Made by a program: the position numbers and the translations under genes | Source of the DNA: Phoronis australis | Lineage: Eukaryota; Animalia; Phoronida | Direction of reading: 5' to 3' | Length of the DNA stretch: 64,000 nucleotides | NCBI GenBank assembly: GCA_002633005.1 | Contig: NMRA01000041.1 | Location: 563,294 to 627,293 of the forward strand | Part shown: positions 37,212 through 60,728 of the stretch, piece by piece | Numbering within the stretch: the first letter of the stretch is position 1 | How the letters are laid out: every line of letters starts with the position of its first letter | The notes under the pieces: model-generated | What the model was told of the DNA's origin: nothing | Database searches by the model: none | The model's input: only the letters and a program-made list of their open reading frames with translations

Positions 37212-38444
37212 GTAAGTATGTCCAGTTAGTATTGTATGCTTCCATGTGAAATTTTGGCAAGTGTTAATGGAGACATAACTGACTGCTGATGTGCCCCCTA
37301 GTGTTGATTTAATTTTTTATGTTAACCTCAGTCTGCAGCTTCAGAGTTCCTCCAAATTTTTTCTTAGAAGTTGCCAAATAGGTTTCTGTTATAGAGACGA
37401 CAGCACTTTTCCATTTTCGGACAAATTTTACTTATTCTACACTGCCTAGTGGCAGTTTTTATTATTATCCAATTTGTTTTAGTCATCCGTCTGTATCTAC
37501 AAAACTGCTTAGAGGATCATTATAAAAATTGGCAAATGAGCCCATTATAATGGTTTGTGTCATGTTGTGCATCAGCTGTGAGCTTGTGATAGAGGACAAC
37601 TTTGCATTTCTCTGATTTCTTGTCATGGGACAGAACTACATTGACACCAGTACTTGTAGTACTTGTTTCCTTTAGTATTCCTCACCACTACACACGGTTC
37701 ATTTGCAGATTGTATTATGGTGGTGTTACAGAACCGCCTTGACCCAGGCTAGGCTATTTCAGGCTATGGGCAAATTATCAAATTAGTAGCAGTGTGTTTG
37801 ACATATTTCAGGCTCAAGGCAAATTGACCTATGGCAGTATGTATGAACAAACGACTTTTGATGACTCAGGGAAAATCTGTCCGCATGTACTGACAGTGGC
37901 TGTACTGATGCATGACATGGAAACAAGGACAATTTAGAGATTAGATATTGCTTAAGTTGTCATGTTCTCCCTGAAAGAGAATTTTATTTCGGAGTTACAC
38001 TGTATTTCCTGCAACAAAATCTCACAATTTAGGAAGCAATAAGTGGGACTAGTGAAATTTTATTTTTTCATGAAAGAAAAGTAGAAGGCTTTGAAAAATG
38101 AACACTGGTCTATTTGCGAAATTTCTTTTATCGAATTTGACAAGATTTGACTGTTGGTTTTGTAAAGACTCAAGAAATCTAGCCCTATCCATGTGGCCTC
38201 ATGACTAAAATTTAACACTGAATATTTACTGCACAGCATATACCGTCTTGAGCAGTTTTGATGAACCTCTGAGACTGTCAATTGTCAAACACCACTACAT
38301 TCTGTGCAACTATGCCTTTTTTATTTTACAAAACTTGTGAGATCTCAATTTAAACATTGAAATGAAATGTGAACTAAGCATCAGTAAAGACTGGCTCTTT
38401 GTCTCATGATAATTTTGATTGAATTTGATTCTGTAGAAAAAGGC

Positions 38445-48219
<9,775 letters not shown>

Positions 48220-48409
48220 TTTTAACCTTTAGATTCAGTGAGCTTGCGTGTTTCTTTGTGGGCTTTATGATTGCCGTTTTAAGAAAAGCTGCAACCAGTG
48301 TACAATATAATGTAACCAGTGTTGATGCCTTTTTGGTGTTGTCACATTTTTGAGCTGGTTTGTTCTTAGAAGGCCTTGGAGTATTATTTTCTTTCATTGT
48401 CATTGATGT

Positions 48410-48542
48410 GGCAATTTGAGCCTCTCGCACTCTTGATAGGGGCAATCTGAGCCTATCTTTCACTGTTGATGGAGGAATCTGAGCCTCGCTTTCAATTTTA
48501 AAGGGAGCAATCCGAGCCTCTTTTTCACTCTGGATGAGACAA
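48410..48542. repeat. ~33-bp degenerate tandem repeat x4 in the GTPBP1 3' region
   Basis: GCAATCTGAGCCT..TTTCACT..TGAT units. Confidence 0.75.
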
Positions 48543-48821
48543 CATTTGTCATCCGTTGTTGCAAGTTGCCATATTGGCTGGTAGATGTTAATTCTTCTGC
48601 AAGTTCAAAGTTCAATTGTTTCCTGACTGAAGGATGCAAAGAAAACTAGGGTTTGTTTAAATTGTGTATGTCATCGTCACCTGACAGTTTGAGTGGAGCC
48701 AGTTATGTCTACAAGATGGTGTTACTCAGTGAAATAGTTTCAAATACATTTGTTTAGAATTGTGGTCTAATTTCTTATTTATTGTCTGAAAAGGAAATAG
48801 GAATTCACGCATTCGACAGTG

Positions 48822-48958
48822 TAACAACCAATATTAAGAACAAGCAACACATTTAGCCCTATAACAAGCAATATTAAGAACAAGTGAACACATACTGTTG
48901 TATTAAAACCAATATTAAGGACAAATGAACATATTCAGCAGTCTAACGAGCAATATTT
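48822..48958. repeat. ~40-bp degenerate tandem repeat x3-4
   Basis: CAATATTAAGAACAAG core recurring at ~48829, 48869, 48910, 48951. Confidence 0.75.
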
Positions 48959-51900
48959 TTAAATCGAAGACATTTATCATAAAACGCTATGATCACATTA
49001 AGCTAATGTACAGCTGTGGCAGTTTTTTGGTGCTAGTTTGGCTGCTCAACTGAGGCTCTGCTCAGTGTATGCTTGTATGGGTGGTTTAGGTGCAAAAACT
49101 TCTGTTTTAGCCGTAGGGCAGACATTTTGCCTTCGAAAACTGACGTCTCCCCTCCCGTGAAACACAGACATGTCACTGGCATGCATCCCTTTCTCAACTC
49201 TCCCAGCCACGGTGAAGTCCGAGACAAGATCGAGCAAAGGATTCTCTGAACTTCTGCATCTCGATGAGCGCTTCCTGTTTTCGGATGGTGGTTACGACAC
49301 TTTGGTTAAGATTTTTCGTTCGTATTTCACGGTGCTGCAAAAAAAAATCCTTGAACTTGGAAATCAATCATTTCTTCGGAATATTCAAAGGGTTTTAGTG
49401 CGAGTTTGACCCACAATATTACTGTACCTTTGTTTAATACGCGTGGCCAGCCCTGACATGTAGGTTATGCATATTAACCCCGTCCCATTCTACATTCCTT
49501 GCAAGTACTTCCATAACCATACAAAATTCTGCGTTGGTGAGTAGTTGAACTGAATGTAGGTGGGTGAGAGTGACCATCGGAGGCACTATGCTCAAACGCG
49601 AGTGGACCGTGTCATTCGGGTAACCCGTATGTCGTCAGTCGCTGATGCTTTTAGTAATCGTAAACGAAACTTACTAAAATTTAATACTTGTCTAAGTGTT
49701 GAGTACCGTCAAAAATGTAAGTGTCGACTGCCATGAAGAAATGTGTCGACTGCCGTAAAGAATTTTAAGTCACGGTTTACTGCGGGCGTGAAATAATGTA
49801 CTATTGTTGCCTGCAGAGATAGCAGAGTGGTAAAGGAAAGCACATCAAGCGTTGGTTTGATGTGACTAAACATAATTTGCAGCTTTAACACTGTAATAAC
49901 ATTTGTTTTTACATATTCACATCAAGCAATCGATCTATATGTGCGGACGTCTCTAAGTAGGCCTATATTTTGTTTCCGCTTAACAAAACAAAATACATCT
50001 GTCCTTCCCCGAACGGACTTCACTGAGATGGGTAAGTAGACAAGTTTCTTTTAATATATCATTTTCAACCCGGCTTCATAAAATCATATCCAGCCACAAC
50101 TGTTTGAAGTTGAAGAACAGACTTAGTGAACGGAGATACGTTTTCACCATTTTTGGCCAATGTTGTGTAAAAATAAAACAAAATACAACCTATTTACTGC
50201 TTTCTTGCTCCTTACGTGGAGGTACACTGATGTGGATTTCGCTTGCCGTAACGGTCATTTCTTCTCCGGGACACTGACCCTGGAAACCGGACAGCGTCTC
50301 GATCTGGTCAATTACTGCGTCCGCCCACCAACCCAGCTCGTCCACTACCTGGACCTTCTCGACTCTCGTTTCTCCTGATACCGCCATTTTGGTGTCTATT
50401 CGAAAATCGTGCTAGTAAATGCACGCACATTGTACGGTGAAAGTAAATAAACATCCGTCGAGTCTTTAACGCGATTGATGTGCGGTTATTTTCAAAAAAT
50501 ATTCCAGTGTAACGAAATACAAGCTGTAACAACTAATCGACACGAATCTTTTCAAAGATGTTTCATTAAATACATGCTGTAGTGCTAATCATTTCAACTT
50601 ATTGAACAAAATGAACTAAATTTTTAAACGCGCTCAGAGCTACCGTCTGAAGTACTTCTTAAAATGTAAACAGTGACCACTGTCTATAGCTGACCCCAGT
50701 TGAGCTATAAGAACGGTAAAAATAGAAGTGCGCACAGTGGAAAAATGGTCAGTTGCCGATTTGGGCAACTGAACGAAGGACTGCTCGAGTATTTGTTCAA
50801 GTTGGAAGGAATCGACGGTCTTCTAAGGTGTCCGTCTACGCACAAAAGGTACTTACAACAACGTGACTTGATGTTTTAATCAGTGTGAGGCATAATTCGC
50901 CGAAAAGCTTCCGGCATATGAAGCTCCTATAGGCGCTTCTTCACCGACCTCTGCTGGGGCCAGTTAGAGACGTGGTCACCGACTACGTAAAACGCTGAAC
51001 AAACGACAAATTCTAAAGTGTAAGGTATGGTTTTGCTGGCGGCAGATTTTTTCGCTACGAATTCGAATAAAATCTTAAAAATGACATTCGACTTAAAGTC
51101 AAGAAGTTGTTTTTACAACTGAAAACAACTAGGCTGAAGTAAAAAAAAAATAAAAAAAATATGACCGGTCAATTGACAGTGTACACAGATTATACAATGG
51201 GGTTAGATACGTATACAGACCTTATGATGATAAATCCACTGAAATCTTTTGTGCGCAACATGACACTTTGCTTTGTAAAACGAGGCTCTAGCTTTACTTC
51301 ACCAGGCTCTGCTGCGGTGTGAGTTGTTGTACAGAAATTATTGAGAGTTGGGTTTTATTGTTGTCGCGTCTTGTGACTGGCTCCGTAACGGTGAAATCAC
51401 TCGTCGTCATGGCATCTGACGAGTTCATTTTTGTTGTGACATATTTTGTTGACATATAATTACAAAATAACTGTACTGCCAGTTTGCAAATAACATGTTT
51501 GATCATGAAATGCATTGTGTCTGAGTTAACGTAGTTATGCAAACTCCATAATGAATGTCAAAGCTTCTCTGATCATAAAAAATGATTTCCAGAACGAAGC
51601 TAATAATTCAGGAGTTGGCCAACATTTCCAAAATTTTGGCCACTTTCTGTCAAGTCAATCGAAGATGGCCTCTATCATTTTTTGTAAATTGAATGTGAAA
51701 ACCTATTGCAATCGTGGCAAAGAAACTTTTGGAGTCCAGTTTGCACGAGGTTACCTGTGTAATTTAAATTAGTTATTTTCGTGAGCAGTATTTTGGAAGG
51801 AATTGCCCGTTTAATTAGAGTTTAATACGTCGGTACTCTGCAGAAGCACGAGAAACATGCCGAGGAGATGCTCGTAAAATGACGTCGAGGCAAGAACTTT

Positions 51901-54900
51901 GGTTGTATTTTAGAATATGCTGCGAGAATATCTTTAGAGTTAACCCAAACTAAATCAGGGTCTTCTAGTGTTTTTTCCCAATTCTTTGAAACCGACGAAC
52001 ATTTGACAACCAGGGGTATTAAACTATCAGTGCCCTTGAATAAAATGTTTAGCCCGGGGACCCTTAAATGTAAACATGACCGTAACTCTTTTACGAAAAA
52101 GACAACAGCAGCGAGTTCTCCGTGGGTTGTAGGCCTAGACAATGTAAGTTGAGTAAGAATCGAGGGCTGCAGATTTCCTAGGTACGACGTTGTTAATACC
52201 CTGGGTAGACCACTATAAGTATATAAGTTTCACGCCACGCAACAAGCCGTTGACCTTCCGTGTCCGTCGTCATAGCAACCCTGCATATTAAAATAGATTA
52301 CTAACATGTACGCAGGTCATTCACACGTAAACTAACATAGTTTTATCTAAGTTATGTTCATAGGATTTCAAGCTTGAGAGTATTTTATTGTGCAGGGCAC
52401 AATATTTACCACAAGATGTCCTTGATTATATAAACGAAAATATTGGTTTACAGTTCGTTGACCGTGTAATCTGTTGCGTCACAACTTTTGTAGTTGGCAG
52501 GGCCGACCTGCGACGTAACCGTCCGCTTAGTGCCCTGCGGAGATCAGGGTGCCCAAAATAAGAACGTGGGCTATAACGAAATATCAGACCACTGACAAAT
52601 AACAAAATCAGTATCATCTTCACAATTATCTCGAGTTCGAAATTTTTAGTAAATTTCTTTAAGACCACTTTCACTTAAAATGAAAGTCCTGTAAAAGGGG
52701 CTTTTCCTTTTTGCTCAATATCGGAAAGGGATTAATAAAAGGAGTTACTCAAAGACACAAACGATGTGGCAGATAAAACGGCAAATAATGAAACAGGTTA
52801 CACAAAGACTCGAAGGGTATAGTATGACACACATAACAGCGATACTTACGTAGTCTTTCGCGATTTTTTAGTTGAAGAAGACCAAAAATAACGTTTGTAA
52901 TGGTTGTGCACGTAAATGAGCCGTTGATTTATTTACTTTGGGCGACGAACTCGGTGACCGGGAGGTACAAATCAGGCAACCGGTTTCCCGGTTATGCGAT
53001 TGAAACCCAAAAAAGAAATAGTCGCTATGACCAAGTAACAAGATTTTCAACCACTCTTAGTAAAATATTATTTAGCAAGACGTGGCGTTGTATACTGCGT
53101 ACTTAGCCAATCGCAACTATAAGTTCAGAAATTGAGACACTGAATGATGAAAATTTTTAGGTGAAACTTCTAATTATCTGCAGATTTCCAATTCTGCTGC
53201 TATCCGTTACAAGCAATGCAGCATCAACGATAATTTTTAAACTCAAACTTAGAGGCGCGCTACGTGCCGTTGTTTTCACAACAATGATTTCAAGTCAATC
53301 TTTCTGCTGTTCAGTCAATGGTCATTACTAATTGACTTGATGATACATGTCAGTGGCATCACACTGTTCTTAAATTCTGCGCACTTTTTTATTTTTACCG
53401 TCAATAAAATATGTACACACAATGCCGGTTCAAAATTCGTGTTCCCCGATGTTCGATCTATCCCGTGTTTTCCAGGCTCAGTGATCACTGGCTCTTTTAT
53501 AATTTGAGTGTAATTCCAAGTTTTCTTTATAACGGAGGGTCAGATTTTGTTGTTAGTTGTTTATAAAATCCTGTGGTCAAACCTTTACGTTCGCTGATGA
53601 ATATGAATTCGAGCATGTTTTGTTCGTGTTTTTTTAAACTATAGAATCTTGCCTTGAGAAGGGCGAATGTTCAACAATGACGATTATTCGAGATTTAGAA
53701 ACAAACTTCACAGTGGCGGCCTTCTCAGTCTCGTGACTATCAATCAAATGCCTTATCTAAAAGCCGAAATTTGCCAAATTAAATGCTAAAGAATATAGAA
53801 TTTTCTTTTATCGCTGGTTAGTAATACTAGCAGAACCACTGGGGGCATATTCATTGCTAAAACGTCCCCCCCCCCCGGTAAAAACTTACTTTAATTTTGG
53901 GTTCCTGCTGTTCTTTAGAAAGTGACCTACGCCACGATGGAGTTCAATAGCTGTGTAGCGGCTAGAAAAAATAGCCAAAATCACGTGTTCTCATTTTAAA
54001 TACACGGCAATATCTCCGTAGTCTCGCGAAGACTTGCTTTTCGAGCAAGGAATTACCCAGGTCGCCACTTATGTCAATGCAAACCCCCGAAAGACGTCGC
54101 TCGCGCATATGGGGCCATGCATTAAATGTACGCCAAGAAGTTACGCTGAACATTACGAGTAAAAGGATTACCAGGCTTTTTGACACGTCTATTTCCGGGG
54201 GGCACCGTGTCGAAGGGACCTGGACGGTGGAGGAACATCAAGACAGGTATTATCAGGCTCAGAGAGCTTAGTGGCACTGCAGACAATTTCTGTTTAAAAA
54301 TACATTTTTTCTGTTCATACAAAGTCAGATTCAACTTTGCGCGAATCCAAACATTCTAAAATTTGAGGATTTTCTTTTTGGACGGTCAAAATCACAAGTG
54401 TCAGCACTTCTTTAATGGATGCAATTGTATCTCATTGGTAAGTATTTTCTTAGTCGATACTTATTTCGCCGGCATTCAGAAGACAGAGCGACGGTGAAAC
54501 TGTCCTTGATACTATACGGTTAGTTACCAACAAAGTCATTTAACATCTAGTTAAATGATAGTCATTTGAGTGAAATCGCGATCTCAACATGTAGTGCTTG
54601 CCAAAATAAACAATTTTAGATGAAAACACATTGCATGTGTATTTTAGAACAATCCATGATTTTCAAAATATATGGAAACAGTTACCGTCATCAAAGCCAT
54701 GGGCGTACTTGTAGGCGAGCCTATTTTCGAAAATTCCATGTACACAGCTATACATGTATCTATAGCCACCAAGACTCATGTATTCTCATTCCCATACACC
54801 AGACCCCTAGTTAGGCCTACTATCAACAAAACTTTACGTTGTCTAACTAATTCCGTGAAGATGGGTTTTCCCATTATTGAAATGTGTTGCTAAGCTGAAT

Positions 54901-57900
54901 TGAGCATTGTTAATCAGGTATTTTGGCCATCACGATCAGTCGCTCATCATCATGAATGTTTTTGGCAGTCACGACAGAAGCACTGAGGCAACCATGCTGA
55001 AAGCTTTTCAGTGATCTTCTATAAAAAATAGATGAGCTGCTACGCTTAATAAACGTTTTCAGTTGCCATTGTAATCAGGTTTTGCGGTACTATAACAGTG
55101 TACCTTGATGTACAAAATTTCATCCATTTTAATGCCACTTACGAAGAGGTGAAATTAATCACCTAATACTGCCCCGTGTGATCACATGTCCCCCTATAGT
55201 GACATAACTTTCCATTTCTCAGTTGGACTATAGCCTACGTTCAGTCTGAAATAGGCTGAGGCATCCGCACGCTAGCTGCTGGAACGGAAACTAAAATCTC
55301 GGGATATGAGACTGAACTGAACGCTAAATAATCATAGGTTTTCCGCCTTATCTATAGTTTACCCACCCCACGCCACATTCTTACTTCTTCAGTGCTATTT
55401 ATACAACGCTAATGACCTTGACTTGCAAAAAATTTGATTGACCTCTAGCTGTTGAGCCGTCAAATTAGTTCGTCACCGTCGAATGCCGTTCAAATATTTG
55501 CAACGCGACACGGGCGAAGAACGCAGAACACCAAGTCACCTGCAAGATTAGTTGCCATTCCTTGTAAAAAAGTTTCGTTAAATTTCGCGGGAATCCGACT
55601 GTTAACTGAAGATTGCTGACGGTATGTATGCATGTAGTTTCACTTTCAACCAATCTATAGATGTAATCGCGTAGCCTACGTTAGCTTGGATCTCGTACGT
55701 CATAAGTTAATCCAACTCCGGTCATCCCCACGGCCATAAGCATTGCAATTAGACAGGCTTGCATTGAGTGTAATGCGAATAACTTGTAAATACTGTTTTC
55801 CAAGTTTTGTTACATGTGTAATATCGCTTTATTTACTACTTAATACACAGTTCTCATGTAATTTACAGGTTTAGCTAATGAAAATATACGGATTTTTTCT
55901 GATAAAAAACGTTGTTGAACTATATTTTTGTATAGTATGACCTAAAAGTATGGGTCTATAGAAAATGAATTCTTGTGTAGGTGATAGACTGCATATAAGC
56001 AAGATACGACTGTAGTGCCCCAAATGATGCAGTAGGATATTCTTGAACTCGTTAAAACAAGCCACAAAGCCGTGTCTATCCAGGAGTTTCAAGGACATGG
56101 CTTCTCGGTCTGTGCTTACATGTATAGAGGAATGTAGCTTAGCACAGACCGTAGGCTTTCCCTGTAGGTTTCCTCAGTAGGTTTTCAGCGGGTCAGCCCT
56201 AGTGCACGCCAATATTAGCCTGTAGAACTGTTCTGGAAAGTGACCTTGCTCTGAAGAAACAAACAATAAAGATGTGGAATCTCTAATAAGTTTAAATCAG
56301 ACGCAATGATTGCTAACTTTGATTTCATTCAGAATTGTTTTGTCAAGGACTCGTATTATCTGTAGCATGGGGTTACTCGACTTTTTTGGCGAGGGACGCA
56401 GCCGTCTGCCACATACAGATTTCAGGAATATGCGTTGTTGGAACTGGAGAGCCGCGCGGTCTGGGAGTGCTACCGCATGCAGTTTTGATACCTTATGGTC
56501 AGGTAGTGGAGATCAAAAAATTGTACACGGCACTGTTTCCCTCCCATGGTATACAGAAAAGAATCACAGATTGTTCTAAAGATGTACGGACACTTCAAAT
56601 GACAAATTAACCAATATGTTGTTCATTAACACAAGAACAAGATAAGGCACTGGTTGAAATTCATAAAGAGGTATTCAAAATGGAATTTAGTCTTTAAAAC
56701 AAAATAATTGCATTCTTTTTTTAATACAAGTGCTACAGTGACTTCTGCCTATTCTAGCTTCCCCAGGTCATCGCACAAGTTCAAAAGACACACACTCTTG
56801 TTTAGGCACACAATGCGACAGCTGTCCAATATTCATTGCTGAACGAGCATAAACATAGGAACTTGTAACGTACATTTATTCCCGTATCTTTGGTCCAACA
56901 CATCGGTTATTGTAATCACGGTTTCAATTGTTTGTTTAAACCCATGACTAGCTTTATTCTTCGGGTGTGTCTCAAGTTTCGAAAGTTAGATACAATTTTA
57001 AATATATGCTTGTGAGATTAATATTTTAAGTTTTGACCCTGGTTATGACCGTTTTATGAGTGTTGGGGCTGATATACAACAGCGTAGTCATGTGTGTGGC
57101 GAAGACACGTTGAGCAGTGAGTGACAATATGAACACCACCAAAAATGAACGACCTCTGAAGATCTTAGCTTCTCCGCAAACAAATGTCCGGCAAACTTAT
57201 AAAAAAGAAGTTAATTTTAATTGGATATTGTCAGATTGCGCTTCAGTTGTTGGCTTTGGAAATTTTTTAAAGAATCTTTTAAGTTTGTTAAGCTTGGTGG
57301 TACATTTGTGAGGCAAATCAAAAGTGAAGGTAAAGGTATGCAAATGAATATCTGGGTGCATGATCTCAGTGACGTCACTAAAAGTGAGACGATTCTCCAT
57401 ACTGGCAGCACACTTCTGAAAATAATTCCAGATCTTGTTTCAGAGGGTGCAGCCACACAAAAGTCGTTCGAACTCGGTGAATCCATCTAGAGTCGTGTAA
57501 CTAGTGGTCTCAATTTACATAAATTATGCAAATGTATGGTGTAATGACCTGCATACTGGTTTTGTTAAATTCACTGACCACAAAACCATGTGTGCAAATA
57601 TCAAAAAATATATGTAGCGCCCGAATGAAATTATCGTGAACAGAAACAGGATTTTAAATAACGGAGGCCATTAATTGCATAAGTTATGCAAATTTACCAC
57701 GCAACAATCTGTAAACTGGTTTCATTTAGAAACAAGACTGGGTGCACCTAGGCACGAATTTAAACAAAAACCTTATACTACCAATCTTTTCTAGACACCT
57801 ATTTCTGGCTACTGGACTGTAATGGCACGTTAAACTTCTTATGACATGTTTTGAGTTACCAGTAGCATTGCGCGGGAAAATTATCGTTCTCAAACCAATG

Positions 57901-60552
57901 AGATAATTAGGATGTAGCTCATTGTCTCCAACACCGAGTCCTTTGTTTGCCATTCTCGCGTGCATACAACGCTCGTGGCAGCTCACTGCACGCGCTTGCT
58001 TTCTCAGCAACGTGGTAACCATAGATTAAAAACTTGTCAGGTTATGTATGACCCAAGGAAAACTGTCCACATTTGACTAACTTGGAATGTCATATCTCAG
58101 AAATTGATGATCGCCAGAATTCGTATACAACTTTCAGAGATTTTGCTTGATACAAAATGGTTTTAGGAATTGTTTTTAAGTGTTCTACTTTTTCACGAGG
58201 GGCTATAAAAGGACGATTTCCGTGGAAAATTCAAAATTTGATTATTTAGAAAACTGTAACCGTGTTTTCGAGATTTCGTCCTGAACATTTTCATCAGATG
58301 AGAGTTGGCTAGTATATTATTGATACCGTTGTTTTGCTATATATATGTCACCAGGTGGCAAGAAAGTCTAGTTCATTAAGTCGACCCACAAAGCACCTGT
58401 CGTGAAAATCGACATTTCATGTGTACGCTTGGAGGGCACTATTGGTGCTCTTCCGTGGTAGGCCCTTGGGGGCAATAGCTTCCAGCCCCTAGCCCCTTGT
58501 CCTTTGATAAGTCACTTCCCATGGGCATTTTTAGGTAAATCAAAACTTTTCGGAAAATGCCGTACCCCGGCCGTTTCAGATAGCGAAATGGACATTTATG
58601 CTCGTCCGGATAGCTTGATAGTTCGTTGGGATATCCTTAATAATGCGCAGTTTCTATTTAGACTAAGTTTATTTTGCAGTCAAGACCACTTGTTTTGTTC
58701 AGTGTTCAGCCACGTACAATGACCATAGGCATGCGGAACTCTTTCATTCGGAAACACTATTACCTGGGTGTTAAACGCATGGTCGACTACTATAAAGTCT
58801 ATAAAGTCAAGAATGAATATGTCCTGGCCGGGTCTTGGCCGTCTGCATAAACTTTTGTTGTGCTCATAGTGGACAAGTTCTCTTCTGTAAATGGAACATA
58901 GAAGGTAGGCATCAAAATGAAATAAAACTTCACGCCTTTGTACACGAACCCGTTCAAAGCGATCAAAACACTCAAGAGAACGCGACTTACGATGAGCGGT
59001 AAGTTTCGAGAACTACAAGCGGTTAGATTAAAGCCCGTAAATGTCTTAGAAAATCAGATGTCGAACTTTGAAGCAGCTATGTAGACAATTTAATTTCTTA
59101 TGAATGAATTAATAATTAAGTTGAATTGTCCGGAGGAACGCAGCACACGACTGAGGACGATCGGCTGCCTACTGCAGTCAGTCTTACCACTTTACTGTAC
59201 AGCTTTGATACCATACACAGGCCGCGTGTTATAGGACCATTACCGGTTTTACGGCTCAAAAGCGAATATTTGGAATTATTGAAGTTATTAGCTTTGACTG
59301 GAGCTACGAAACAACAAAATCTGTTGTGATTTTATGATTTTAGTACACACTACCTATTCTCGCCGTTTTGTGCCAGACATTCTCTGAAGTCAGACAAGTT
59401 TAACTACGCTCAAACTTACGTAGAACCTTAGAAAACTTCCAAAATCGGATTACTTTGGAACATCATATCTCATAAATGGCTTATCGGATCCACATGAAAC
59501 TTTCAAAAGCCATGCTTTAGTACGCAGTGCTCTCCAAAACTTTGTGAAGAATTCTTTTTGAAAAGTTCCACTTGTATAGACAAACTAAAAATTGCATAAA
59601 ACGATATGCTAACTGTAAGTCCATTTTTGAGATTTCATCTTGAACATTAATATCAAGCGAGATTTGGTCATGTTATATTTTTCTTGCTGTCAATGCACCT
59701 CTCCCTTTGCTAAAGTTTACTAAACACTCCACATGGTTATGTGACTCAGTTGGTTTTAAATCAAACATAAAATTCTCCATGCTTTCTACTTTCAGAAAAA
59801 ACAGTATAGTTGTACTCACGGGTCTGTCAATGATGTCATGCATAACCTAAATACTCTGGTAAATACCGATTGGGGTTTAGCTCCACTAGTAGCAAAGAGC
59901 TAGGCTGCGACCGCGTGGGCTGTAGGTTCGCCATCCAAGCTGGTGTTGATCTCAGACAATCAATTTTCTTGCCCATAATGCCTCTCTGAAGTGAAGTGAT
60001 ACCGAACGCATGCTCTGTGGGAAATATGGTATTCGCGGGATTCATGACAAAAAAAGGCCAGGGTTTTCAAATATACCTCCAAACTCGGTTTTGAGGGTTA
60101 TCAGGGGGTTACAAAGCATTATATTATTCAGAGAACTGGATGGGAAAGTCGTTTTTAGCCTCTGTTAATAAGCCAAAACCGGGCTAAGTAACGTTTTTAA
60201 GGATAGTATGTTGTTCGTTCTGAGGAAGGCCATCAAAGACTAATCTATAGCAAGACTAACCAGATTAGAAACCGCCATTGTTGTTTTCTGATTGTAGCGA
60301 CACCTAGCGATCAGGTGTTATGAGGAAGCACGCGAGACGTTGCCACTCATGTTCAATTTTGTCAAATTAAAATTTGGAAATACTTTTGGTTTAAAAATTT
60401 TGAGAATTTAAAATACAAGCGGTATATTGAAAAAATATGCACATAGGCGTAAACTTGAGTAAATCAAGAAAAAATGAGGGCAGCAACGCCATTGAAAATT
60501 TCTGGTGGTGACCGGGTGAAAGCGGGCGATTGGGGGGGGGGGGGGGGGGGTC

Positions 60553-60597
60553 NNNNNNNNNNNNNNNNNNNNNNNNNNNNNNNNNNNNNNNNNNNNN
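60553..60597. other. Assembly gap (45 N) after a poly-G tract
   Basis: Run of n in the sequence. Confidence 0.99.
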
Positions 60598-60728
60598 CGA
60601 TGCATAGAATGATTTTCACACGTTTCATATTGATATTATGTAACCGAATTTACTTTTCCCAGCTTCATTGATTATGCCGACGCAAATGACAAAGAGAAAG
60701 AAGAGACGCCCGTTGCTTGAATAACGCC

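Noticed and set aside
52400-60400. Numerous 60-100-aa ORFs
   Set aside because: No recognisable domains or coherent exon chain; the region looks like decayed repeats (for example similar blocks at ~58260 and ~59620).
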